Shown here: in pieces, positions 16,994 through 25,638 of the stretch | Position numbering within the stretch: the first letter of the stretch is position 1 | Layout: each line of letters opens with the position of its first letter | DNA from: Candidatus Villigracilis adiacens | GTDB taxonomy: Bacteria > Chloroflexota > Anaerolineae > Anaerolineales > Villigracilaceae | Assembly: GCA_016703605.1 (NCBI GenBank) | Contig: JADJBU010000008.1 | Location: 91,819-155,818, forward strand | DNA length: 64,000 bases | Direction of reading: 5' to 3' | Notes under the pieces: model-generated | What the model saw: the letters and a program-made list of their open reading frames with translations, nothing else | Told to the model about the DNA's origin: nothing | Database searches by the model: none | Program-made: the position numbers and the translations under genes

Positions 16994-19561
16994 TTATTTC
17001 CCGCCCTTCGCTGACGGTTGTTTGCGCATTCCGAGACCCCAATTGATGAAGCCTCCGCCGAGGGTAAAGACCAGCGCAAGCGCCATGCCGATGCTGTAGG
17101 CGTCCCAATATCCGCGCGAGGTGCCGGGACGGCCGCTGTTGTACTGCCGCTCGACGATCGCGCCGCCGTACAAGCCCGATACCACGCCCGCCACCTGTCC
17201 CGAGTCGTAATACGGCTGGATCAGCGGCGCGGCTTGCGCGCTGGCAACCGCCACAACCGGAACGACCCCGCGCGCGGATTGAGTCTGTTCGATCCAATCG
17301 CGGGCGGCATCGGCGTCATCGGTGACGAGGATGATCAGGGCAAACTGATTGAGGGATTTCACGTCTTGCAGCATGGGGAGGGTCCACGCGGGCTGACCGG
17401 TAATGTCAACGGGCATTGCCGCCGCGGGGTTCTGCGCAAAGGAGCGGATGCCGACCTGCCCACCGGCAAGGTAGCCCAGGTTCAGGTAGGTGACTCCGTT
17501 TTGCACATGGAACGCCAGGGGTCCGTTCATGAAGCGTTCGGTCAGGATCGAACCGGCTTCATTGCTGGCAACAAAGGTCAAACGCGGATGTTTGAACAGG
17601 ATCAGGTTATCAAACAGAGGCGCGGCGGCGGCTTCCATTTCACCGGCGCGCGAAGCGTCGTAATCCATTGCCACCAAAACAGGGGCGTTTTCCGGGATGG
17701 CTTGCGCCACCGAGACGGCAAAGGCAATCTCATTGGGAACGCCGATCGGCACCGAGAGGAACTGGCTTCCCATAAAGGAAGTGACAAGGATGACGCCGAT
17801 CAGAATCGCCGAGATCGCCCAGCGCAGTCCGCGGGACGCCCCGAGCGTCTTTTCGGTCGACAAAACCTCAGGCGCGGTTTCGGCTGCAAGAATCTGCTCG
17901 AAGATCCCGGCATGTTTCAATTGCTCATCGTCCACACTGAGTTTATTCGAATAGGCTTTGGGCTTGCTGGTCGGCGCAAACCCCGCGCCGGCAGGCAATA
18001 CGCCCTGCAAACCCGCCAATGCCCCGCGTTGTTCGAGGGTCTGATCGCTCATCAACGAAGCGGAACCGGGGATGGTTTGTTCCATGGGGCGCATGGCTTC
18101 GAGCCAGCCGGGCAGGGAACCGGAGGCAAGCGCTTCCTGGCTGACAGGTTCGGCTGCCGGTATTGACGGCGTCTCGACGGCGTTGGAAAGCCAGTCGGGC
18201 ATTTCGGTGAACAGATCATCGGAGCCGGAGGTTGCATCATCAGTGAAAGCCGCCGCCGTGAGGGGGGGAGCCGCTTCGATGCCCGGCGCAGGCTGGGCGG
18301 GCTGCTCGAAGACCATCGGTTCCGGCGCGGCAGATTTCAACCAGTCGGGCATGTCGATCAGACCGTCGTCGACTGGCGGCGCATTTATCTCCTGCGCGGG
18401 CTGCTGCGTTTTCGCCTCGTCCGCAGACAACCATGCAGGCGTGTCGGCGCTGCTGTTGTCTTTTAACCAGATCGGCGTGGAATCAGATTTTTTGGATTCT
18501 TCCGGGGCAAGCCAGGACGGCAGTTCCCCATCGGACGCGAACGGTTCAGACTCAGCCGGGGCTGGTTCGGCGAACGGAGCCGCGTCCTGGCTGGGGGGGC
18601 CACCCAGGTCTTGCAACCAGTCCGGCGAATCCACGGTATAGGCGGGCTGCCCGGATTCTTCCTCCTGCGGACCGGTGTTCATGTCGGCTTGCAATTTGCT
18701 CAACCAATCGGGCGTGTCGGAACCGGCGGCAGGCGCAAACGATTCCTGTGAACCCGGTGATGCGGCAGCGTCTGCCTGTAATTGACTTAACCAATCCGGG
18801 GCTTGGGATTCAGCGGAGGAAACGAACGGGGTCGCCGATTCAGCCGTCGGCGCGGAGGGAGCCGCAGCCGGGGGTTGGCTGAACCAGTCCAGCGTGGCAT
18901 CAGGCGCCGGTTCGCTTTTCATCTCTCCGGCATCGGCTGCCATTTGCTTCAACCAATCCGGCGTATCGTCTGAAGCGGATGGGGTGAAGGGCGGCTCGAG
19001 TTCGGAGAGGGGTTGGAATGAATTTTGGAACGGGCTTGAGGCGTTGTCCCAGTCGGATGTCAATTCGTCTTTTTTCTCGGCGCCCCCGGCAGACGGTTGC
19101 AAACCTGCCAGCCAGTCTGGAGTGTCTTCCTCCTGCTGGAAATCGTCCTTGCGCCCGGTTTCCACCCAGCGCGCTCCGGTCGGTTCGGCGGGTTCTTCGG
19201 TCCTGGCTTTTGGTTTCGAGACCCCGGTAATGCTGGCAAGCCAGTCTGGCACTTCTTCGTCGTCGTCAGCAGCGGTTTGAGATTGCAGACCCGCCAAAAA
19301 GTCTGTTGGCGACGCGGCTGGCTGGTTTTGCTCGGGTGGGTTGAGGCGTTCCTCCATCCCCGATTGCTTGGCGGTCTCGCGGGCATCCCGCAGCCATTCC
19401 GGCAGGATGGGTTCCAGTTCGCCGGTATCTTTTCTTATCGGAGCCTGCCCCGGCTGGAAGGATTCGCCGGAAAGCGGGGTCTGGCAGTTCTGGCAGATTT
19501 TCTGGTCGGGCGGGTTGATCGTTCCGCACAGGGGGCATTTCACCGTGTTTGCCATTTTCAT
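16994..19561 (-). CDS. Zinc-ribbon / acidic PxWL-repeat membrane protein
   Basis: CPLC..CQNC ribbon; 13 PxWL motifs in an acidic low-complexity region; TM near residue 580; alpha/beta domain (LVAMDYD, YLNLGYLAGG); C-terminal TM. Confidence 0.8.
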   Translation of the reverse strand: MKMANTVKCPLCGTINPPDQKICQNCQTPLSGESFQPGQAPIRKDTGELEPILPEWLRDARETAKQSGMEERLNPPEQNQPAASPTDFLAGLQSQTAADDDEEVPDWLASITGVSKPKARTEEPAEPTGARWVETGRKDDFQQEEDTPDWLAGLQPSAGGAEKKDELTSDWDNASSPFQNSFQPLSELEPPFTPSASDDTPDWLKQMAADAGEMKSEPAPDATLDWFSQPPAAAPSAPTAESATPFVSSAESQAPDWLSQLQADAAASPGSQESFAPAAGSDTPDWLSKLQADMNTGPQEEESGQPAYTVDSPDWLQDLGGPPSQDAAPFAEPAPAESEPFASDGELPSWLAPEESKKSDSTPIWLKDNSSADTPAWLSADEAKTQQPAQEINAPPVDDGLIDMPDWLKSAAPEPMVFEQPAQPAPGIEAAPPLTAAAFTDDATSGSDDLFTEMPDWLSNAVETPSIPAAEPVSQEALASGSLPGWLEAMRPMEQTIPGSASLMSDQTLEQRGALAGLQGVLPAGAGFAPTSKPKAYSNKLSVDDEQLKHAGIFEQILAAETAPEVLSTEKTLGASRGLRWAISAILIGVILVTSFMGSQFLSVPIGVPNEIAFAVSVAQAIPENAPVLVAMDYDASRAGEMEAAAAPLFDNLILFKHPRLTFVASNEAGSILTERFMNGPLAFHVQNGVTYLNLGYLAGGQVGIRSFAQNPAAAMPVDITGQPAWTLPMLQDVKSLNQFALIILVTDDADAARDWIEQTQSARGVVPVVAVASAQAAPLIQPYYDSGQVAGVVSGLYGGAIVERQYNSGRPGTSRGYWDAYSIGMALALVFTLGGGFINWGLGMRKQPSAKGGK

Positions 19562-20187
19562 TTGCCCCCGTACGGGCGGTCCATGCCGAACAATACGCGC
19601 AGACCGGTCAGCAGTGCGCCAAGCCCCACGCCGATCAAAATTCCGCGCGCCCCGCCCAACGCCCAGACCTGCGAAACCCAGGGGCGGATCAGGGTGCCAA
19701 ACAGGGGCAGGTCGCCAAAGGGCAGGGTGATGGAGCCGAGGAAGATCAATGCGGCGGTGGCGATGAATGCCACGCCCATCAGGTCGGCGCGGCGGCGCAG
19801 CAGTCTTACCGCGGCATAGAGCAGGGAGACGGCGAGCAGCCCCATCAACGAGGCTTCGACCGGGATGATGATCCCTTCGAGCAGGATGGATTGCATCAGG
19901 ATGTGCTGCGGCTTGAGGAAGAGTCCGAGGGTGAAGGCGGCGATCAAGCCCATCACAAGCAGGGCGCTGTAAATGCCGTCTTTTTTACGGCGGCGGATCT
20001 TTTCAGTGTGAACGCTGAACAGGTTGAAGACGCCGATCAATGCCGCGGCAGCCGCAAGAATGACCGCCCAGTCGAGCAGCACGGCTTGCAGCCCCGCCGC
20101 ATTGGGGAACAATTCCTGCGGAAGGAAATAGCCGAGCAGGACCAGGACACCGAAGGCGATGGCTATTACGGCGGTGATGACGCGCAT
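19558..20187 (-). CDS. Conserved multi-pass membrane protein of unknown function
   Basis: About 6 TM helices; C-terminal GGARGILIGVGLGALLTGLRVLFGMDRPY; overlaps both neighbours. Confidence 0.7.
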   Translation of the reverse strand: MRVITAVIAIAFGVLVLLGYFLPQELFPNAAGLQAVLLDWAVILAAAAALIGVFNLFSVHTEKIRRRKKDGIYSALLVMGLIAAFTLGLFLKPQHILMQSILLEGIIIPVEASLMGLLAVSLLYAAVRLLRRRADLMGVAFIATAALIFLGSITLPFGDLPLFGTLIRPWVSQVWALGGARGILIGVGLGALLTGLRVLFGMDRPYGGK

Positions 20188-20918
20188 TAGAAGACCCCCA
20201 TGAATTTCGCGGCAGACCCTGCCAGCAAGCCGAGGATGATCAGCCAGCGGAAGAGGTCCTGCGCGGACAAGCTTGCTTCATGCGCCGGGTCTGAGTTCAG
20301 GTAGGCGCCGGCGGCAAAGAGTTCTTCACCGATCAAAGGTTCCTGCGCACCGGCGAAAAGAACGGACTGCCCCGCAATATCTTCTGTGGCGCCGATCAGG
20401 GTCGTGGCGGCGCGTTCCGATGCTTCGGCGAGCAGACCCGCTTCGGGACCGAAATGCCCGAGCAGGATGTTTGTGGAGATGTTTTCGTTTTGGGGGATGG
20501 GCATGGTTCCTGCCGCGTAACTGAACGGGGTGAGCCCGGTGACGCGCCCCATCGTGTGGACGTAGGCATCCTCGACGCCTGCCGCCTGATATCCGGCTTG
20601 AAGCGTGTCCTGTGTGAGCAGCCCAAGGGTTGGGTCGCCGGCGGTGGCAACGGAGGGCATGTCGCTGACCGAGGTGCGTTCGGCGACGTTTCGCAGTAAT
20701 GCCAGCCCGGCGAGCGCCGAGCCGCCGCGTCCGTCGAACAGGCCGCCGTGACCGAGCGAGATGTGCAGGCGTTTGCCGTCTTCGATGCTCAAACCGACGG
20801 CGCGCGCCAGTGTGGTGAAGGCGGGAATCTGTCTCAGCGATCCGGGGCTGCGGCGTTTCCATAATGTGATGACACCCAGCAGGAAGGCGGCAAGTAAAAG
20901 CACGGTAAGCGGAATCAT
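20187..20918 (-). CDS. DUF6754-like membrane-anchored protein
   Basis: N-terminal TM, LRQIPAFTTLARAVGLSIEDGKRLHISLG, IGEELFAAGAYL, C-terminal TM; family name from recall only. Confidence 0.6.
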   Translation of the reverse strand: MIPLTVLLLAAFLLGVITLWKRRSPGSLRQIPAFTTLARAVGLSIEDGKRLHISLGHGGLFDGRGGSALAGLALLRNVAERTSVSDMPSVATAGDPTLGLLTQDTLQAGYQAAGVEDAYVHTMGRVTGLTPFSYAAGTMPIPQNENISTNILLGHFGPEAGLLAEASERAATTLIGATEDIAGQSVLFAGAQEPLIGEELFAAGAYLNSDPAHEASLSAQDLFRWLIILGLLAGSAAKFMGVF

Positions 20919-21160
20919 GAAGCCGTCCCTTCCCGGTTCAAATATGCCGCAAATGCCCGCGTTTCAGATTCATCCTCGAGCATTGCGGCGAGCGCGTCGA
21001 GATGCTCGTTTTTAATGAACGCGCCGCCAAAATAAATCGCCTGCGCGCCGAGCAAGGCAAGCGGGCTGCCTGCTTCGAGGAACGAGGCGATCAAATCATG
21101 AAGTTGATAACGGCGCAGGGAGTCAGCCCAGCGCTGCCAGAATTCGTGTGTTGAATTCAT
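20915..21160 (-). CDS. Small hypothetical protein, first gene of the operon
   Basis: 81 aa; ATGA overlap with the next gene; extended -10 TGcTATACT at 21171-21179 on the minus strand. Confidence 0.6.
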   Translation of the reverse strand: MNSTHEFWQRWADSLRRYQLHDLIASFLEAGSPLALLGAQAIYFGGAFIKNEHLDALAAMLEDESETRAFAAYLNREGTAS

Positions 21161-21318
21161 AGTTTTTGCCAGTATAGCATAATTTTAATGTTGACCCGCG
21201 TCGCGCGCGCCGGAAAGTATTGCAATTTTGTAATAGACCCTGAATTTTACGCGCGACGCCCGCAGATCGCATGATCGCAGGCGTCTTTCAGGCAATCTTT
21301 TGCGCTTTCGGCGCGTCT

Positions 21319-22566
21319 TTATGGCGCGATGACCGTGCCGGGCTGTATTTCGACATCCTTCGGGATGATAACGATGCCGTCGCGCACGTACCAGTTCTCA
21401 TTGTCAATGTCCACATTGCGCGGGAATGGGCGGATGACGACGCCGTCGCCGAGGCGGGCGTTCTTGTCGAGGATCGCGCCTTCGATGTGGCAGTTTGCGC
21501 CGATGCCGATGGGCAGCCCGCCCCAATCGCGCTCGTAATAGTCCGCGCCCATCACGATGCTGTCGCGGATGACGCATCCCGCCGCGATCTGGCTGCGGAT
21601 GCCGATGATGGAATGGGAAATCTCCGACCTGAGCACGCGGCTGCCTTCGGCGATCAGCACATCCTTCAGGCGGCTGTCTTCGACGATGGAGGCGGGCAGG
21701 TAGCGCGTATCGGTATAGATCGGCAGTTTGGCGTCGTAAAAATTAAAGGGCGAGTTCGACGTGGTCAGCATCAGGTTGGTCTCATAGAACGAGCGGATCG
21801 TTCCGATATCCTGCCAGTAGTCGTCGAAATCAAAGCCGTAGACGTTGTGGGTCTTGATGGCATGGGGGATGATATCCCCGCCGAAGTCGTCGTATCCGGG
21901 ATACTCGCTGAGAAAATCGAGCAGGACCTTGGTGTTGAACATGTAAATCCCCATCGAGCCGAGGAAGGGACGCGCCGGGTCTTCGCGGCTGACGAATTGA
22001 TCCTGAACCGCCGGGTCTTTTGGCTTCTCGACAAAATTGCTGATCTTCAAATCGGCTTCGCGCTTCAGAATCCCGAAGCGGCTTGCCTCCTCTTTCGCAA
22101 CCGGCTGCACGGCGACGGTGATGTCGGCGCGGTTCTGCCAGTGAAATTCCGCCATGGCTTTGTAGTCCATGCGGTATAGATGGTCGCCTGCCAACACCAG
22201 CACATACTTCGCGCCCGTCGAACGGATCTCAAGCATCTGCTTGCGGACGGCGTCTGCCGTGCCCTGGTACCAGTCGGCGCTTTCCATCGTTTGTTCCGCC
22301 GCCCAGATCTGCACCCAGCCCTGGTGAAAGGAGTCGAAATTGTAAATGCGGGTGATATGGCGGTGAAGAGAGACCGAGTTGAACTGGGTCAGGATCGCTA
22401 TTCTAAAAATTTCCGAGTTAATGCAATTGCTGATGGGGATGTCGATCAGGCGGTATTTCCCGGCGATCGGCACGGCAGGTTTGGACCGCATCTGCGTCAA
22501 CGGATAAAGCCGCGCCCCGCGTCCACCCCCAAGAATGACCGCCAGAACTTCGTTGTAAGACGGCAT
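21319..22566 (-). CDS. glgC: Glucose-1-phosphate adenylyltransferase
   Basis: ILGGGRGARLYPLT..RSKPAVPIAGKYRLIDIP, WYQGTADAV, GDHLY, FVEKP, YWQDIGTI. Confidence 0.97.
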   Translation of the reverse strand: MPSYNEVLAVILGGGRGARLYPLTQMRSKPAVPIAGKYRLIDIPISNCINSEIFRIAILTQFNSVSLHRHITRIYNFDSFHQGWVQIWAAEQTMESADWYQGTADAVRKQMLEIRSTGAKYVLVLAGDHLYRMDYKAMAEFHWQNRADITVAVQPVAKEEASRFGILKREADLKISNFVEKPKDPAVQDQFVSREDPARPFLGSMGIYMFNTKVLLDFLSEYPGYDDFGGDIIPHAIKTHNVYGFDFDDYWQDIGTIRSFYETNLMLTTSNSPFNFYDAKLPIYTDTRYLPASIVEDSRLKDVLIAEGSRVLRSEISHSIIGIRSQIAAGCVIRDSIVMGADYYERDWGGLPIGIGANCHIEGAILDKNARLGDGVVIRPFPRNVDIDNENWYVRDGIVIIPKDVEIQPGTVIAP

Positions 22567-22745
22567 GAAAAGCCTCCCGAAAGGGTATTGGAATGTCTGG
22601 CAATGGGTTTATTTTACACCCTTCATCCTTTTCAGGCGATGGAAAACATATGCAATCGGATACACCAGTAGAATGAGCATATCGAACAGCGCGAAGAATA
22701 GTTTGAGTTTCATGAAACCGCCTCCTGGCGGATCGTCGTTTTATT

Positions 22746-23732
22746 TTACCTGGCGCATCCCGCAGATAATTTTTCCACAGGCAGACCAAATGCCTCGTAG
22801 ATCGGCACGCCGTCCCATTCGGCGGGTATCGGCAGGTTCAACGCAAAGGCGGCGGTGGCGGCGGTGTCGGTGGTTGTGATGCTTGAATTCAACGCGGCGG
22901 GTTGTACGCCCGCGCCGAACGCGATCCAGGGGATGGTCATATCTTCGGGCAGGCTGTAGCCGTGGGTGGTGTCGTGCCCGCCGTGGTCGGCGGTGATGAT
23001 GAAAAGCGTTTCTTCCATCAAGCCGCGTGATTCAAGTTCGGTCACAAGTTTTTCGATGGCTTGATCGGCGCGGAAGAGCACGCTGAGTTGTTCGGGGGAG
23101 AGCCAGCCGTATTCGTGTCCCATGAAGTCGGGGGTGGGGAAGTGGACGAACATCAGTCGAAAATCGGCGGGAAAGTTTTGGAGGAGGTCTTCGGTGATGA
23201 CGAGGTCGCGGTCGTTGATGAATTTGAAGATGTCGGTGCTGGGCGGTTCGGTGACCTGGCGCAGTTTTTCCTTGCCAACGTACATTACGGTTTGCATCCC
23301 GGCGGCGTGGGCGATGTCGAAGAGGTCGGTGACCTGGGCGTAGCCGTTTTCGGGGATGTAGTCGTTCCAGTCCACTTTATGTTTGGCGGGGCATTGTCCG
23401 CTGAGCATGGAGGTGTGCGCCACGAGAGTCACGCTGGGGTAAACCGTCTGCGCGGTGAGGGAGTAGGCGGATTTTTCGAGCAGGGTCATCAGGAAGGGCA
23501 TGGGGGCGAGGGGCATGGCGTCGGGGCGGAAACCGTCAATGGAGAGGATCAGCACACGGCGAGTCAGAGGCGCGGGCGTGGGAGTCAGAGTCGGCTTGGG
23601 GGTGAGAGTCGCTGTGGGAGTCAGAGTCGGTTCGGGGGTCAGAGTCGGCGTTTGGGTTGGAATCGGCATGATCTGCGATTGACAGGCAAGCGCGGCAAGA
23701 CAAAGAATTACAACAAGGTTGTAGCGTGACAT
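22746..23732 (-). CDS. Alkaline phosphatase superfamily (NPP/PglZ-like) lipoprotein
   Basis: Signal ending LAC, PT-rich linker, LILSIDGFRPD, PSVTLVAHTSM, PDFMGH, ITADHGG; start placed at ATG 23732. Confidence 0.85.
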   Translation of the reverse strand: MSRYNLVVILCLAALACQSQIMPIPTQTPTLTPEPTLTPTATLTPKPTLTPTPAPLTRRVLILSIDGFRPDAMPLAPMPFLMTLLEKSAYSLTAQTVYPSVTLVAHTSMLSGQCPAKHKVDWNDYIPENGYAQVTDLFDIAHAAGMQTVMYVGKEKLRQVTEPPSTDIFKFINDRDLVITEDLLQNFPADFRLMFVHFPTPDFMGHEYGWLSPEQLSVLFRADQAIEKLVTELESRGLMEETLFIITADHGGHDTTHGYSLPEDMTIPWIAFGAGVQPAALNSSITTTDTAATAAFALNLPIPAEWDGVPIYEAFGLPVEKLSAGCAR

Positions 23733-23774
23733 TCGTCCATTATAAATAGTTTGGGGCGCGGGTATGATGGGAAT

Positions 23775-24515
23775 ATGGAAACGAGAATTCATAAAACATT
23801 GCACGAGGAAATTTTTCATCACAATTATACGGACCCGCACAGGCGCGGTTCGGGACTTTCGGATTTTATTTTGGGGGCGCAGGATGGGCTGGTGAATGTG
23901 CTTGGGGTCGCTTTGGGGATTGCGGCGGCGACGAACGATGCGCGGGTGGTGCTGGTGGCGGGGCTGGCGACGACCTTTGCTGAATCCATTTCGATGGGGG
24001 CGGTGGCGTTCACGACGACGCTCGCCGATGCGGATTTGTATCAGAGCGAGCGTGAGCGGGAGTATCGTCACATTGTCGAGGCGCCGGCGTTGGAGAGGAA
24101 GGAGATCCGCGATATTTATGAAAGCAAGGGCTTCAAGGGGGATTTGCTGGAGCGCATTGTGGATACGATCACGGCGAACAAGGATGTGTGGGTGGCGGTG
24201 ATGATGGCGGAGGAACATCAGCTCTCGCCGGTGGATCGCAAGACTGCGATGAAGGCGGCGTGGGTGGTGGGGCTTTCGGCGATCATCGGGTCGCTGGTGC
24301 CGATCCTGCCGTTTGTGTTTTTGCCGGTGTCGGTCAGTATGTGGCTGTCGGTGTTGGCGACCGCATTGGTGTTGTTCGGTATCGGGTTTTACAAGGCGCG
24401 GGTGACGGTGGGCAAGCCGATGCGGAGCGGATTGGAAATGATGTTGATCGGGACGGTCAGCGCGATGGCGGGGTATTTGGTGGGGGTTTTATTGAAAGTC
24501 CCGCCCCTGCCTTAG
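23775..24515 (+). CDS. VIT1/CCC1 family iron/manganese transporter
   Basis: SDFILGAQDGLV, AESISMGAV, E-rich cytosolic loop (EREREY, MMAEEH), three C-terminal TM helices. Confidence 0.92.
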   Translation: METRIHKTLHEEIFHHNYTDPHRRGSGLSDFILGAQDGLVNVLGVALGIAAATNDARVVLVAGLATTFAESISMGAVAFTTTLADADLYQSEREREYRHIVEAPALERKEIRDIYESKGFKGDLLERIVDTITANKDVWVAVMMAEEHQLSPVDRKTAMKAAWVVGLSAIIGSLVPILPFVFLPVSVSMWLSVLATALVLFGIGFYKARVTVGKPMRSGLEMMLIGTVSAMAGYLVGVLLKVPPLP

Positions 24516-24528
24516 TGGTCGTCCATTC

Positions 24529-24561
24529 AGACCTGACGGGTTTTAGAAACCCGTCAGGTCT
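24529..24561. repeat. 33-nt palindromic REP-like hairpin
   Basis: AGACCTGACGGGTTT-TAG-AAACCCGTCAGGTCT; near-identical copy at 52104-52136. Confidence 0.8.
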
Positions 24562-24889
24562 TTTTTGTTCCTTTACCGAAATATAGATTCGCGAGCATTC
24601 CCAGAAAGAAGACGAAGAGCATTGCCACGATCACTTCGGCGACCCAGCCGATGAGGGGGACAAAGGTGAGGACTTCGAGCGCGGCGTCTTTCAGCACGGT
24701 GGAAAGTCCGTAGAGGGCGATGGCGGATATTCCGATCTCTTCGATGCCCAGTTTCGCGTCGTGGATTTTGGAGAGATGCACGATCATGTACACTTCCAGC
24801 CCGGTCAGCAGGAGCGAGGTTCCGGGAATCGGCGCGGTGAGCGCGGAGATGACGCCTGCGATGAGGGTGTAGAGCAGGATCAGTTTCAT
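24554..24889 (-). CDS. Small hydrophobic protein (DUF697-like)
   Basis: 111 aa; SALTAPIPG..LEVYMIVHLSKI..TFVPLIGW pattern. Confidence 0.45.
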   Translation of the reverse strand: MKLILLYTLIAGVISALTAPIPGTSLLLTGLEVYMIVHLSKIHDAKLGIEEIGISAIALYGLSTVLKDAALEVLTFVPLIGWVAEVIVAMLFVFFLGMLANLYFGKGTKKT

Positions 24890-25365
24890 GATCGGTTCAT
24901 GAAATAGAAGGCGGCAAACGCGGCGACCGCCAGCGCGAAGCAGAGGACGACGCCCAGGATGACGTAGGTGAATGCGCCCGTCCGCCCGTCCTCTTCGATG
25001 GCGGAGGATGGCTGGGATGGGAGAAACGGCTTCGAGACGGTTTGAGGCGGCGGGGTGTTTGTGTCGGCTGGGGTTGTGAGCATTCCCATGTTGGAGAGCG
25101 TTTTGAACGCGCCATCCACAGACTGGCGCAGGTCGGGGGGGAGGTCTTCGAGGGTGTGGTAGACCTTTCCATTTACGGTGACATGCGCGTTATTTGAATG
25201 TGCCGCGAGGACGTTTTGCACCATGTCGCCTTCGAGCAGGTCGGGGATGCCGTTCCCGTTTTTGTCCACGAGCAGTTGGGATACCTGTTCGTACGCCTGT
25301 CGTTCGTTGGCGGGCATGTCTTCGATGGAGTTGTATGTCTTGCCGTTGAAGATGATGATCTGCAT
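24886..25365 (-). CDS. Hypothetical tail-anchored protein with an internal duplication
   Basis: Repeats IFNGKTYNSIEDMP and TVNGKVYHTLEDLP, a DKNGNGIPD loop and a C-terminal TM. Confidence 0.6.
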   Translation of the reverse strand: MQIIIFNGKTYNSIEDMPANERQAYEQVSQLLVDKNGNGIPDLLEGDMVQNVLAAHSNNAHVTVNGKVYHTLEDLPPDLRQSVDGAFKTLSNMGMLTTPADTNTPPPQTVSKPFLPSQPSSAIEEDGRTGAFTYVILGVVLCFALAVAAFAAFYFMNRS

Positions 25366-25469
25366 GGAGATATCCTTTGCCCCCATTTTACACTCCCCGC
25401 GGCTCGGTCCGCGCTCTCTGTACGCAACGGGTTTTCACTTCACTTTAACTCGCCTTACGCAGTTCCTCG

Positions 25470-25520
25470 GTACCGCGACATGCATGTCGCCCTGAAATTG
25501 CGAGATAAATCTCGCAATAC
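25470..25520. repeat. REP doublet (GTAN + hairpin on each strand)
   Basis: GTAC-CGCGACA-TGCA-TGTCGC on + and GTAT-TGCGAGA-TTTA-TCTCGCA on -. Confidence 0.7.
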
Positions 25521-25638
25521 CGCGTAAGGGGACCACTTAATTCTGAAGGGTCAAAGAAAAGCCCAAAACAGGCTTGGACGGAGTCGAACGTGGCGCGCTA
25601 ATGAGTCGGTTGACGCGGCGGCATTTCCTGGCGTTCGA

